Assembly (NCBI GenBank): GCA_963845565.1
Contig: CAWJSJ010000001.1
Coordinates: forward strand, 672,001-736,000
Length of the DNA: 64,000 bases
Direction: 5' to 3'
Origin: an uncultured Methylomirabilota bacterium
GTDB taxonomy: Bacteria > Methylomirabilota > Methylomirabilia > Methylomirabilales > 2-02-FULL-66-22
Every line of letters starts with the position of its first letter. The stretch's first letter is position 1. A model generated the notes under the pieces. It was not told where the DNA came from. It ran no database searches and was given only the letters and a program-made list of their open reading frames with translations. The position numbers and the translations under genes are program-made. Of the stretch, positions 1-9,799 are shown in pieces.

Positions 1-486
1 CGCGAGAGTCAGGGCTGGGTCGCCCGGCTCGACGCCGCACCGGTCCATCCCCACGTTGATCTCGACCAGGACCGGCAGGCGCACGCCGTAGGCGAGCGCG
101 GCGTCATTCAGGTCCGCGACGTTGGCGGGGTGATCGGCGCAGACCGCGACCCACGCCTGCTTGGCGAGCGCGGCGAGTCGGGCGATCTTGGACCGACCGA
201 CGATCTGGTTGCTCACCAGGACGTTTGACACGCCACCATAAACCATCGCCTCCGCTTCGCCGACTTTCTGGCAACACACGCCGACGGCGCCGGCGGCCAT
301 TTGGCGCAGTGCGATGACCGGGCACTTGTGGGACTTGGCGTGAGGTCGCGGCCGAACGGCCGTTCCGTCCAGCGCGCGCGCCAGCCGTGCGACGTTTCGA
401 TCGAAGGCGTCAAGATCGATCAGCAGGGCGGGAGTATCCACGGTGTCGAGGGGCATGCCGATTTCGGCTGGGGGGGACTGGATCAT
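1..486 (-). CDS. DSD1-family PLP-dependent enzyme (D-threonine aldolase-like), 3' end beyond window
   Basis: Manual translation MIQSPPAEIGMPLDTVDTPALLIDLDAFDRN..RPHAKSHKC..CCQKVGEAE..EINVGMDRCGV; PLP lysine motif PHxKxHK; GGAG RBS upstream. Not in the ORF track because it runs off the edge. Confidence 0.85.
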   Translation of the reverse strand, partial: MIQSPPAEIGMPLDTVDTPALLIDLDAFDRNVARLARALDGTAVRPRPHAKSHKCPVIALRQMAAGAVGVCCQKVGEAEAMVYGGVSNVLVSNQIVGRSKIARLAALAKQAWVAVCADHPANVADLNDAALAYGVRLPVLVEINVGMDRCGVEPGDPALTLA

Positions 487-699
487 GGGTTCACTCCTTG
501 GTCGGGACGGGTCTTGGTGGCAGTCGTCCGGGTTCATGTGAGGAGTCCAATACACCGCGGTTTCCCAAATGTCAAGCCGCGGCGCGCCACCCGGTTACTT
601 CTCCGATCCTTTGCGCGATCCGTCCGAACGCGAAAAGCGGCGGCTTGCCTGCCCGCGTGTTTCGCGGTAGAGTGCGTCGGATTCTGAGGAGGGTGCGCC

Positions 700-1128
700 A
701 TGCCATTGACTGCAATCTTGCCCGCCGTGAACGCGGCACTCAACGCGCTCAGCGCCTGCCTGTTGATCGGCGGGTATGCTTGTATCCGGCGCGGGCGACG
801 CGCGGCACACCAGCGGTGCATGCTGGCGGCGTTCCTCGTCTCGGTCCTCTTCCTGACGAGTTATCTGACGCTGCGCTATTTCGCCGGGATGACGCGGTTC
901 GAGGGCCAGGGGTGGATTCGCCCGGTGTACTTCACGATCCTGCTGTCGCACACCGTCCTGGCGGCGGGGATCGTCCCTCTGGCGATCGTGACCATGGCGC
1001 GTGCGCTGCGGGAGGAGCATGCGCGGCATGTGCGGGTCGCGCGGTGGACGCTGCCCCTCTGGCTTTACGTCTCGATCACCGGAGTCATCATTTTCTGGTT
1101 GCTGTACCACCTCTATCCTGGCGGATGA
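700..1128 (+). CDS. DUF420/YozB family membrane protein
   Basis: 142 aa with 4 hydrophobic helices; motifs NAALN, H..CM, FLTSY, YFTILLSH, H..ARWTLPLWLYVSITG; GAGGAGG RBS. Confidence 0.85.
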   Translation: MPLTAILPAVNAALNALSACLLIGGYACIRRGRRAAHQRCMLAAFLVSVLFLTSYLTLRYFAGMTRFEGQGWIRPVYFTILLSHTVLAAGIVPLAIVTMARALREEHARHVRVARWTLPLWLYVSITGVIIFWLLYHLYPGG

Positions 1129-1191
1129 GACGTTGAGGCGTGGTGCCGGATGCGTGAACCGACAGCGCGCGCTCAAGCGGGAGGTACGCTC

Positions 1192-2022
1192 ATGGAACTC
1201 GGTCTGAACGGGGCGACGACACTCAAGGCGGATCTGGCGACGGATATCGCCGTGGCCGGGAAAGCCGGGTTCGACTTCGTCGAGATCTGGGCGGCGAAGT
1301 TAATCACCTACCTGGATTGCGGTGGGCTGCCGGCGCTGAGACGCGACCTGCGGCGCGCGGGGGTGCGGGCGGCCACGCTGAACTCCGTCGAACGGATCAC
1401 GTTCAACGATCCGTCCGGGCACATCCGGATGCTGGAGGACTTCCAGCGCCTGTGCCGGGTGGCGGAGGCTATTGGGTGCGAGACGGTGCTGGTGGTGCCG
1501 AGTCCGCGGCCCAAAGGCGTCTCGGCGGCAGCGATCGAGCGGGAGTCGGTCCGGGTGCTGCGAATCTTATCCCGTATTGCTGCGCCGCATGGTGTCCGGT
1601 TGGCCTACGAGTTTCTCGGATTCGCAGACTGCACGGTCAACACGCTGGCGCAGTGCGCGGCGATCGTAGAGAAAGTGGCGCGGCCGAACGTGGGGCTGGT
1701 GCTGGACACGTTTCACTTCTTTGCCGGCGGGTCGACGCTTGCCTCCATCCGAGAAGTGGACCCACGGCGGATCTTCATCGTGCACATCAACGATGTGGAG
1801 CGCGCGCCGCGGCGAAAGATGCACGACGCGCTCCGTCTGTACCCCGGCAAAGGGATCCTGCCGCTCCAGGGTGTGCTGCGCGGACTGAAAGCGATCGGGT
1901 ATGCGGGCCCGGTCTCTGTCGAGATCTTCCGGCCCCAGTACTGGTCCCGGACCCCGCTCCGCGTCGCACGCGAAGCGCGCGCCGCCAGTGTGGCGGTGCT
2001 GCGGGACGCCGGACTGGTGTAA
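1192..2022 (+). CDS. Sugar phosphate isomerase/epimerase (xylose isomerase-like TIM barrel, IolI-like)
   Basis: Metal-ligand motifs YEFLG, LDTFHF, HIND, SVEIF; GGGAGG RBS before ATG 1192. Confidence 0.8.
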   Translation: MELGLNGATTLKADLATDIAVAGKAGFDFVEIWAAKLITYLDCGGLPALRRDLRRAGVRAATLNSVERITFNDPSGHIRMLEDFQRLCRVAEAIGCETVLVVPSPRPKGVSAAAIERESVRVLRILSRIAAPHGVRLAYEFLGFADCTVNTLAQCAAIVEKVARPNVGLVLDTFHFFAGGSTLASIREVDPRRIFIVHINDVERAPRRKMHDALRLYPGKGILPLQGVLRGLKAIGYAGPVSVEIFRPQYWSRTPLRVAREARAASVAVLRDAGLV

Positions 2023-2224
2023 CCTGGCTGGCAGCTTGGGGCCGGTACGGCATCCTCCACGGCGCTGCGTTTCGCAGCATTCCCGAGTCACGCCAACCGC
2101 GATGCCCAAGGTTCGGATGTCGGGTCCACGGTTTGTGTCCATCGAGCTCGAACGCCTTGATCAAGATACCGGCCACGCGACCTGTGGCGGTCAACGCTTG
2201 CGAGAGGAAGGAGAAGGAGGACGC

Positions 2225-2683
2225 ATGCGAATGCTCGGACTGCTGCTCGTCGCGGGGCTGATTTCGTCCTGCGCCAGTTCTCCTGCGGATCCGAGTCTTG
2301 ACGCGGCAGCGAAGTTGTTCCGTGCGCCCACAGACAAGGCCTGCATCTACGTCGTTCCATCCTCCAGCGACGAGGCGGTCACGGTCACCCTGGATGGCCG
2401 GAAGATGGCTACGCTCGGGGAGCGGGACTTCCTGTGTTTGGATATTGCGCCGGGTCGGCACGTCCTGTACGTCACCCCGACCAGCCTCGTGCCGGAGTTC
2501 TTCCGAGCGACCGGCGACGACGTGACACTGGAAGCGGAGGCGGGGCGGTGTTATTTTCTCCGCACGGTCTGGACGGAATTTGGGCGGAGTTGGCGACGTC
2601 CCCGTGTCTACCTGGAGAGAACGACCGAGGAAGAAGGCCGGCGGGCGGTCAATGTGCGCTCGCTCGTGGTGCCCGCGCGCTAA
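2225..2683 (+). CDS. Lipoprotein, DUF2846-like
   Basis: Lipobox-type signal MRMLGLLLVAGLISSC; A(C)IYV..V.LDG..APGRH..AEAGRCYF pattern; GAAGGAGG RBS. Confidence 0.65.
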   Translation: MRMLGLLLVAGLISSCASSPADPSLDAAAKLFRAPTDKACIYVVPSSSDEAVTVTLDGRKMATLGERDFLCLDIAPGRHVLYVTPTSLVPEFFRATGDDVTLEAEAGRCYFLRTVWTEFGRSWRRPRVYLERTTEEEGRRAVNVRSLVVPAR

Positions 2684-2772
2684 CCGCGACCCGAGAACCC
2701 GCCTTTTCCCACCATTGGCGTAGTCCCATGGAAGGTTGGCTAGAACGAAGCCCGAGAGGAGGCACGTACCCT

Positions 2773-2991
2773 GTGAAAGAGGACCCCATTTATAAGGAAC
2801 ATCGGATCCACACCACGCCGCTGCTCAGCGGCCGCTGGATTAGCGCAATCGTGAATATCGGGAAAAAGAAGGTGGTGACCAAGGACTCCCTGACAGACAC
2901 GGTGACCCGCGTACCGGGTGAGTATGACTCTGAGGAGCAAGCCCTCCAGGCGGCCAGAGAATACATCAGTACCGGAGCGGACCAATCCTGA
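2773..2991 (+). CDS. Small hypothetical protein (72 aa)
   Basis: GAGAGGAGG RBS then GTG; protein-like sequence VKEDPIYKEHRIHTTPLLSGRW..EYDSEEQALQAAREYI. Confidence 0.6.
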   Translation: MKEDPIYKEHRIHTTPLLSGRWISAIVNIGKKKVVTKDSLTDTVTRVPGEYDSEEQALQAAREYISTGADQS

Positions 2992-2996
2992 TAGGC

Positions 2997-3101
2997 TTAG
3001 GAGCCGTTACGAAATAACCTATACATCTCTTTCTATTTCGTTACGGCTCCTTATGCCGTTTCGGAATGTCTCCGCTCAACTTATTCTTTGACAACGGCTT
3101 A
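2997..3101 (-). mobile_element. MITE-like repeat family A, copy 1
   Basis: Reverse complement of 5220-5323 with about 5 differences; TTA at both ends; internal inverted repeat GGAGCCGTTACGAAATA..TATTTCGTTACGGCTCC. Confidence 0.8.
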
Positions 3102-3355
3102 TCGAGACGTGGCGCATATCCTCGCGAGGTCTCCCTGTCGTTCACGTGTCTTTGATGACGCGGCGGGGACCGTCCGAGGTGTTGCGCTGTCCCTACGGGT
3201 CCTGCCTGGGCGGGTTGGTGTATCTCCGAACGTGAACCGGTGCGCCGGCCGCGGGCTTGACCCTCGGTCGGTCGTCCGGTAGCATCCCGGTGTGGCGGCC
3301 AGGCTGCGATGGCAGGTTCCCTGTCCCAAGGCGGGTGACGCCGAAGGAGGAGGCG

Positions 3356-3691
3356 ATGTCGGTCGAGTCGACGGGGGAGCCCTTCGAGCGGGTCGATGCC
3401 GCGCGGGGCAAGGCGTTACTGGATGCGGGCGCGCTGAAACTGGTTGATGTCCGGGAACCGGCGGAATGGAATCGCGGGCGGATCGCGGGTGCGGTCCTGG
3501 TGCCCCTCAACAACCTGCTGGTGGCGCCCCGGGAGTATCTGACCGAAGATGGGGTCCTGTTCTATTGTGCGCAAGGCATCCGGAGTGCGGTGGCCTGCGA
3601 GGTGGCCGCAGCGGTCGGGTTGAACCGGATCTACAACCTGGAAGGCGGCATCCAGGATTGGGAGGTGCAAGGGTTTCCGATCGAACGGTGA
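3356..3691 (+). CDS. Rhodanese-like domain protein
   Basis: DVREPAEW..GRIAGA..active-site loop CAQGIRS..NLEGGI..W; GAAGGAGG RBS. Confidence 0.9.
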   Translation: MSVESTGEPFERVDAARGKALLDAGALKLVDVREPAEWNRGRIAGAVLVPLNNLLVAPREYLTEDGVLFYCAQGIRSAVACEVAAAVGLNRIYNLEGGIQDWEVQGFPIER

Positions 3692-3740
3692 GCGGGAAAA
3701 GGGGAGCGTGGCGCAGGATCCCACGGGAAGGAGAGCGCCG

Positions 3741-3974
3741 ATGCGGGTTCTGGGTCTGGCCGGGTTGGTCTTGGCATTAGCCATTGTCGGATACCTGATC
3801 GTGGGGTACCTGGGCGAGGCCGGGAAGGCGCGGGACGCGTTGCAGGCCCTGCCCGGGGCGTCGCCGGGAAGTCCCGCGGATGTTACCCGGCGGGGCCTCG
3901 AACAGCGCCTCGCCCCGGTCCTCGACCAGGAACGGCAACGCATCGAGGCGACGAGCAAGGCGGCCGGTCAGTAG
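3741..3974 (+). CDS. Hypothetical single-pass membrane protein
   Basis: N-terminal hydrophobic helix, GGAAGGAG RBS, fills the gap between rhodanese and MBL hydrolase. Confidence 0.6.
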   Translation: MRVLGLAGLVLALAIVGYLIVGYLGEAGKARDALQALPGASPGSPADVTRRGLEQRLAPVLDQERQRIEATSKAAGQ

Positions 3975-3993
3975 CGAAGTCGGACAGAGCAGC

Positions 3994-5091
3994 ATGGCCA
4001 GCAGTTTCCGGGCATTCCTGGTCAACGACCTCTTCGGGGATCCGGCGCTCTACGCGGGTCTCCCCTGGGAACGCCGCGCCCTCCTGTTCGACCTCGGTGA
4101 CATCAGCCGCTTGTCGGCCGGGTACCTCCTCAAAATCTCCGACGTGTTCGTCTCCCACGCTCATCTCGACCATTTCGTCGGGTTTGACCATCTCCTGCGC
4201 GTGCTCTTGGGCCGGAGCAAAGCGCTGCGCCTCTACGGACCGACGGGTTTCATCGATCACGTGGACGGGAAGTTACGTGGGTATGTCTGGAACCTCGTGG
4301 ATGGATACAGCCTGTCCATCGAGGTGCACGAGGTCGGTCGGGACCGGGTCCGGTGTGCGCGCTTCGTGTGTCCGAACGGATTCCGCCGAGAGGAGGTCGG
4401 CGACCGGGTCGCGGTCGACGGTTTCCTCCTCAGCGAACCGGAGTTTCGGGTCCGTTGCGCCCAACTGGATCACCGCATCCCGTGTCTGGGCTTTGCCCTG
4501 GAGGAGACGGTTCACCTGAACGTAGACAAGATCCGTCTGGAGGCGCTCGGTTTGCCCGTGGGGCCGTGGCTGATGGACCTGAAGCGAGCCGTTCGCGCGG
4601 GCCAGCCTGACGACTTTCCCATTCGTGTTGCGTGGTCGCGCGGCGGCCGCCGGGAAGAACGCTGCGTCGCCCTGGGCACGCTGCGCCGCGAGGTGATGCG
4701 GGAGAGTCCCGGACAGAAACTCGCGTATGTCACCGATGTGCTCGATTCGGCCGCGAACCATGATGCCATCGTGACGCTGGCCCGCGGTGCCGACCTCTTC
4801 TACTGTGAGGCCGGATACCCAGCCCGGGACGAAGACCGCGCTCGGGCCAGATACCATCTCACGACCGTCCAGGCGGGACGCCTGGCAGCGGAAGCGGGGG
4901 TCCGGCGGTTCTCCGTGTTTCACTTCTCTCCGAAATACCGAGATGGTCCGGGGGAACTCGTGGCAGAAGCCATGGGGGCGTTTGCGGGAGGGGCGCCGCA
5001 CTCTCGGCATGGCATGGAGGTCCTCGACACTGGCAACTCCATGAAAACGCGGGATCCAATCCACGTTGACACTGTTTCGGAGTTCTGTTAG
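3994..5091 (+). CDS. Ribonuclease Z-like MBL-fold hydrolase
   Basis: SHAHLDH, LDHRIP, YVTD, ADLFYCEA, HLT and FHFSPKY motifs of the RNase Z family. Confidence 0.85.
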   Translation: MASSFRAFLVNDLFGDPALYAGLPWERRALLFDLGDISRLSAGYLLKISDVFVSHAHLDHFVGFDHLLRVLLGRSKALRLYGPTGFIDHVDGKLRGYVWNLVDGYSLSIEVHEVGRDRVRCARFVCPNGFRREEVGDRVAVDGFLLSEPEFRVRCAQLDHRIPCLGFALEETVHLNVDKIRLEALGLPVGPWLMDLKRAVRAGQPDDFPIRVAWSRGGRREERCVALGTLRREVMRESPGQKLAYVTDVLDSAANHDAIVTLARGADLFYCEAGYPARDEDRARARYHLTTVQAGRLAAEAGVRRFSVFHFSPKYRDGPGELVAEAMGAFAGGAPHSRHGMEVLDTGNSMKTRDPIHVDTVSEFC

Positions 5092-5094
5092 CTT
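5066..5094 (+). promoter_or_regulatory. Putative sigma70 promoter for nuoB-nuoI-moaA
   Basis: TTGACA-17 bp-TAGCTT, overlapping the 3' tail of the RNase Z-like ORF. Confidence 0.5.
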
Positions 5095-5219
5095 GCGCGA
5101 TAAAGCCGGATCCGCTGTTCGGTCGAACGGGTTGCCGACGGCGGAGAATCCTCTTCCGTTGTACAACCGATCGTTGGTGGACTACAGTACGGGTGGTGGT
5201 TTCGCGTGGAGCCGGTGCG

Positions 5220-5323
5220 TAAGCCGTTGTCAAAGAATTAGTTGAGCGGAGACAGTCCGAAACGGCATAAGGAGCCGTAACGAAATAAAAAAGATGTATA
5301 GGTTATTTCGTAACGGCTCCTAA
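5220..5323 (+). mobile_element. MITE-like repeat family A, copy 2
   Basis: TAA GCCGTTGTCAAAG..AAACGGCA TAA GGAGCCGTAACGAAATA..TATTTCGTAACGGCTCC TAA; AT-rich within GC-rich DNA. Confidence 0.8.
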
Positions 5324-5339
5324 CGGGAAGGAGCCTCGG

Positions 5340-5876
5340 ATGGGCATGCTGGAAGGTCGGTTCGAGCCGGGCGCAGTCACCACGTCGCTGGACGTTGTGT
5401 TCAACTGGGCCCGCCGGAACTCTCCCTGGCCGGTGACGTTCGGGCTCGCGTGCTGCGCGATTGAGATGATGGCGACGGGGGCGGCCCGGTTCGATATGGA
5501 CCGGTTCGGTGCGGGCGTGTTCCGGCCCTCGCCGCGGCAATCGGACGTGATGATCGTGGCCGGCACGGTGACCGAGAAGATGGCCCCGCGGATCAAGACC
5601 CTGTACGAGCAGATGGCCGATCCGAAATGGGTGATTGCCATGGGCGCGTGCGCCATCTCCGGTGGCCCGTTCTATTGGGATGCGTATCACGTGGTGAAGG
5701 GGGTGGATCGGATCATTCCGGTGGACGTCTACGTCCCCGGATGCCCCCCGCGGCCGGAGGCATTGCTGTTCGGGGTATTGAAGCTGCAGGAAAAGATCGC
5801 CCAAGAGACGATCGCGAAACAGAAGCTGCCCGCCGTTACGGTGCCCGAGATCGTGCCGGCGAGCGTTGTGGCCTGA
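5340..5876 (+). CDS. nuoB: NADH-quinone oxidoreductase subunit B (copy 1)
   Basis: [37 protein letters not shown]. Confidence 0.95.
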   Translation: MGMLEGRFEPGAVTTSLDVVFNWARRNSPWPVTFGLACCAIEMMATGAARFDMDRFGAGVFRPSPRQSDVMIVAGTVTEKMAPRIKTLYEQMADPKWVIAMGACAISGGPFYWDAYHVVKGVDRIIPVDVYVPGCPPRPEALLFGVLKLQEKIAQETIAKQKLPAVTVPEIVPASVVA

Positions 5877-5906
5877 CGCTTCGGACGACAACGGGTTGAG
5901 GGAGCC

Positions 5907-6425
5907 ATGATTTCCTACCTCCATGACGTCTGGGCCGGGTTGTTGACCATCCTTGCCGCGATGCGGGTGACGCTCCGACACCTCTTCACGCCGGCGATCA
6001 CCGTGCAGTATCCGACGGTCCGGCGTACGCTTCCGTTGCGTTCGCTGAACCGGCACGTCCTGACCGTCGATCTCGGAAACGGGAAGCTGAAATGTACTGC
6101 CTGCGATGCCTGTGCGAAGGTGTGCCCGACGCGGTGCATCACAATCGTCGGCGCGGGCAAAGGGAAGGAGCGGCATCCGGTCGAGTTCGTCATCGACCAT
6201 AACCTGTGCATGTACTGCAACCTGTGCGTCGAGGCATGCCCGTTCGATGCCATCACGATGTGGACCGGCAATTTCGAGATCGGGGCGTTCAACCGTATGG
6301 GCTTGGTGTTCGACCAGAGGGCGCTTCATGCCGATCGCTTCTTCCCCACCCCGGATACCCCGGCGCTGATCGAGGCGCCGGCCGTTGCCGCGGAACCGGT
6401 CGCCGCGGCGCCGGCTGCCAAGTAA
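5907..6425 (+). CDS. nuoI: NADH-quinone oxidoreductase subunit I-like 2x[4Fe-4S] protein (copy 1)
   Basis: TVQYP; CTACDACAKVCP and CMYCNLCVEACP. Confidence 0.85.
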   Translation: MISYLHDVWAGLLTILAAMRVTLRHLFTPAITVQYPTVRRTLPLRSLNRHVLTVDLGNGKLKCTACDACAKVCPTRCITIVGAGKGKERHPVEFVIDHNLCMYCNLCVEACPFDAITMWTGNFEIGAFNRMGLVFDQRALHADRFFPTPDTPALIEAPAVAAEPVAAAPAAK

Positions 6426-6501
6426 GGGGCGGGGCTGGGCTTCCGCCGCAGGGCGAGATTACGACGCTGTCGCGGCGCCGATGCCGCGTGAGGTCTAGGG
6501 C

Positions 6502-7494
6502 GTGTCGAAGCTCAAGGATACCTTCGGGCGAACCATCGACGATTTGCGCATCTCCCTGACAGACCGCTGCAACTTCCGCTGCGTGTATTGCATGCCGCCG
6601 GAAGGGCTGCCCTGGCTTCCCAAGCGCGAAATCCTGACCTACGAAGAGATCCTGCGCCTTGCGCGAGTCTTCATCGGCCTGGGGGTGCGGACGGTCCGCT
6701 TGACCGGGGGAGAACCCCTGATGCGGCAGGACATCGATGTCTTGATCGAAGGCCTCACGCGCCTCGATCCGGACCTTGATCTGTCCATGACGACCAATGG
6801 GTTCTTCCTCGCGGAAAAGGTCGAGCGGCTGGCGGCGGCCGGGCTCAAACGGATCAATGTCAGCCTGGATTCGCTCACCCCCGAGCGGTTCGAGCGCATG
6901 GTGCGGCGTGACGGCCAGCTCGTGTTCAAAATCCTGGACGGCATGCGCCGGGCGCGTCAGATCGGCTTGTCTCCCATCAAGGTCAACTGCGTCGTCATGC
7001 GGGGCTACAACGACGACGAGTTGACGGAGTTCGTCCGCTTGGGGCGAGAGGAAGGCTTCCAAGTCCGTTTCATCGAGTACATGCCCCTCGACGCGCAGGG
7101 GGAGTGGAGCATGCAGACGGTCGTGCCCGGCGCGGAGATCCTGGACCGGATCCACGCCGTGTTTCCCCTGATCCGGGAGCGCCGAAACGCCTCCGAACCC
7201 GCCACGGTGTACCAGTTTGCGGACGGCCGCGGTTCGATCGGCGTGATCGCGTCCGTCACCGAGCCCTTTTGCGATCACTGCAACCGCGTCCGGATCACGG
7301 CGGATGGGCATCTCCGGACGTGCCTCTTCTCTCTCTCCGAGCACAACCTCAAAGGCCTCCTCCGGTCCGGTGCGACCGACGAGGAGCTGGGCGACTTCAT
7401 CGTTGCCGCGGTGTGGAAGAAAGAAGCCGGGCACAAGATCAACCAGCCGGACTTCATCAAGCCGGACCGATCGATGTCCGTCATCGGCGGCTAA
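6502..7494 (+). CDS. moaA: GTP 3',8-cyclase (molybdopterin biosynthesis)
   Basis: LRISLTDRCNFRCVYC, LTGGEP, FIEYMP, FCDHCNRVR..CLF, C-terminal IGG. Confidence 0.97.
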   Translation: MSKLKDTFGRTIDDLRISLTDRCNFRCVYCMPPEGLPWLPKREILTYEEILRLARVFIGLGVRTVRLTGGEPLMRQDIDVLIEGLTRLDPDLDLSMTTNGFFLAEKVERLAAAGLKRINVSLDSLTPERFERMVRRDGQLVFKILDGMRRARQIGLSPIKVNCVVMRGYNDDELTEFVRLGREEGFQVRFIEYMPLDAQGEWSMQTVVPGAEILDRIHAVFPLIRERRNASEPATVYQFADGRGSIGVIASVTEPFCDHCNRVRITADGHLRTCLFSLSEHNLKGLLRSGATDEELGDFIVAAVWKKEAGHKINQPDFIKPDRSMSVIGG

Positions 7495-7549
7495 TCTGCA
7501 CGCCAGGCCGGAACGCCGCCTTTCCCGCAACAGTCGGAGCGCAGGGGTC

Positions 7550-8521
7550 ATGCACGAGTCGGGCATTCCGCACGACGAGCTTCTCCCTATTTACTATTAC
7601 CTCCGACTGACCCGCGCCCTCGAAGAGCGGCTCGGCATCCTGTATCGGCAGGGAAAGATCTTGGGCGGGGTGTACCTCTCCACCGGGCAGGAAGCGGTGT
7701 CCGTGGGGGCGGCCGTGACCCTGGATGCCGGCGATGTGATCGTGCCGTCGCACCGCGATTTGGGAGCGCACCTGGTGCGGGGAATCGAGCCGAAGGAGGT
7801 TCTGGCGCAGTATCTGGGTCGCCTCGACGGGCTCAGCCGCGGGAGAGACGGCAACGTGCATTTCGGCGATATCGGGCGCGGCGACATCGCCTTCCTGAGC
7901 CCCATGGCCGACGGCATTCCCGTGGCGGCGGGCGTGGCCTTGGGTTTGAGGCGGCAAGGGAAGGGCCGGGTGGCCATGACCTGGTTCGGCGAGGGCGCCG
8001 CCAGCCGTGGCGATTTTCACGAAGGGGTTAACTTGGCGGCGGTCCTTCGGGTTCCCGTGGTGTTCGTTTGCAACAACAACCAGTTCGCCTATTCCACGCC
8101 GCTTGGTCGCCAGACGCTGGTCCCCGATATCGCCCTGCGGGCCGCCGGTTACGGTATTCCGGGGGTGACGGTGGACGGGAACGACGTGCCGGCGGTGTAC
8201 CGGGCGGCCCGGGAGGCGGTGGAGCGTGCCCGTCGGGGAGAGGGGCCGACGCTGATCGAATGCAAGACGATGCGAATCCGGGGTCACTCCGAGCACGACG
8301 ACGCGTCCTATGTTCCCAAGGAGTTGCTGGAGGCGTGGCGCGACAAGGATCCAGTTCGGCTGTACGAGGCCCGGCTGCAGGGGTGGGGCGTGCTGGACGA
8401 GTTGGGAATAGCGGAGGTGACGCGCCGGATCGCGGACGAACTGGAAGCGGCCCTGGCGTGGGCGGAAGCAAGCCCTTTTCCGGACCCAAAAGACGTCGAG
8501 CAGGGCGTCTACTCTCCGTAA
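7550..8521 (+). CDS. 2-oxoacid dehydrogenase E1 alpha (pyruvate or branched-chain)
   Basis: GQEA, HRD, TPP motif GEGA..NN, RGHSEHD. Confidence 0.9.
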   Translation: MHESGIPHDELLPIYYYLRLTRALEERLGILYRQGKILGGVYLSTGQEAVSVGAAVTLDAGDVIVPSHRDLGAHLVRGIEPKEVLAQYLGRLDGLSRGRDGNVHFGDIGRGDIAFLSPMADGIPVAAGVALGLRRQGKGRVAMTWFGEGAASRGDFHEGVNLAAVLRVPVVFVCNNNQFAYSTPLGRQTLVPDIALRAAGYGIPGVTVDGNDVPAVYRAAREAVERARRGEGPTLIECKTMRIRGHSEHDDASYVPKELLEAWRDKDPVRLYEARLQGWGVLDELGIAEVTRRIADELEAALAWAEASPFPDPKDVEQGVYSP

Positions 8522-8610
8522 GTCCGGCCGCGCGGCAGGGACGCCCTCGATCGGCTGCCGCCGGTCTTTGGATGTGAGACGACGCGGTCGTTCCTCTGGC
8601 AACGATAACA

Positions 8611-9585
8611 ATGGCGGATTTCACCTACATCGAAGCGATTCGACAGGCGCTCTGGGAGGAGATGGAGCGGGATGATCGGGTCTTTCTCATCGGGGAGGAC
8701 ATCGGTCACTACGGCGGCGCCTTCAAGATCACCCTGGGGTTCCTGGAGAAGTTCGGCGCCGACCGGGTCATCGACACCCCCATTGCCGAATCGGCGATCG
8801 TGGGGGCGGCGGCCGGGGCGGCACTGATGGGACAGCGTCCCGTCGTCGAGATGCAGTTTGCCGACTTCATCGCGTGCGCATTCGACCAGATCGTCAACAT
8901 GGTGGCGAAATTCCGGTACCGCACCGGGACGAACATTCCGCTGGTGATCCGAGCGCCCTATGGCGGCCGCGTACACGGTGGACCGTTCCATTCGCAGTCC
9001 CCGGAAGGGTGGTTCGTGCACGTGCCCGGTCTGAAGGTGGTGGCACCGTCCACTCCTAGCGACGCCAAGGGATTGCTCAAGGCGGCGATCCGCGATCCGG
9101 ACCCGGTCATCTACTTCGAGCACAAGTATCTCTACCGTCGGATCAAGGGCACGGTTCCTGATGCGGATTCCCTCGTGCCGATCGGCAAAGCTGAGATCAA
9201 GCGCGAAGGGGCCGATCTCAGCCTCATCACGTACGGGGCCATGGTCCACCAGGCATTCGAGGCGGCGACCCGTCTGAGCCGCAAGGGGGTCTCGGCGGAG
9301 ATCCTGGATCTTCGGACGCTCCTGCCGCTGGACCGGGAGGCGATCGTGGCCACGGCCCGGAAGACGGGCAAGGTGCTGATCGTGCACGAAGCGACGCGTA
9401 CCGGCGGGGTGGGGGGCGAGGTGGCGGCTGTCGTCGCCGAGGGGGCCTTCGATCGGCTGGATGGGCCGATCCACCGCGTCACCGCGCCGGACACCCCCGT
9501 GCCCTTCACAGCCCCGTTGGAGGATGCCTTCCTTCCCAATGCCGACCGTATCGTTGCAGCCGCCGAGCGGTTGGCTGCGTACTAG
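8611..9585 (+). CDS. 2-oxoacid dehydrogenase E1 beta
   Basis: GEDIGHYGG, DTPIAE, EMQFADF, HSQSPE, EHKYLY. Confidence 0.93.
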   Translation: MADFTYIEAIRQALWEEMERDDRVFLIGEDIGHYGGAFKITLGFLEKFGADRVIDTPIAESAIVGAAAGAALMGQRPVVEMQFADFIACAFDQIVNMVAKFRYRTGTNIPLVIRAPYGGRVHGGPFHSQSPEGWFVHVPGLKVVAPSTPSDAKGLLKAAIRDPDPVIYFEHKYLYRRIKGTVPDADSLVPIGKAEIKREGADLSLITYGAMVHQAFEAATRLSRKGVSAEILDLRTLLPLDREAIVATARKTGKVLIVHEATRTGGVGGEVAAVVAEGAFDRLDGPIHRVTAPDTPVPFTAPLEDAFLPNADRIVAAAERLAAY

Positions 9586-9795
9586 TGTCCTGTCCCCGAA
9601 GTTCGTTGACAATTTGCCGGGCCTCAGTTCCATCCCTCCGACGCCTGGCACCTCGTCGAGAACCGCGCGGCCTTGGTCCGGGTCGGCCACCACAGAACGG
9701 TGACCTCCGTGCCGGACCCGGCCGCGCCGCGGGTGCAGCGTCTTCGGGATGGAACTGAGGCCCTCACTTATGCGGCGAATCTTTGGGACAGGACA
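9586..9795. mobile_element. MITE-like element family B with long internal hairpin
   Basis: Terminal IR TGTCCTGTCCC/GGGACAGGACA, CTAG on both sides (9582-9585, 9796-9799); internal perfect 18-bp IR 9619-9636/9746-9763. Confidence 0.8.
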
Positions 9796-9799
9796 CTAG

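Noticed and set aside
3150..3225. SRP RNA on the minus strand (CAGGACCCGTAGGGACAGC)
   Set aside because: Only a loose resemblance; it lacks the GNRA-capped CAGG..GGAA..AGCAG domain IV geometry
2997..5323. Composite transposon formed by the two family A copies
   Set aside because: Each copy has its own matching 3-bp flanks, the outer flanks (TTA, TAA) are not a direct repeat, and there is no transposase
5095..5340. Moco riboswitch ahead of nuoB-nuoI-moaA
   Set aside because: A hairpin is present, but the conserved Moco RNA motifs were not recognisable and half of the leader is a MITE
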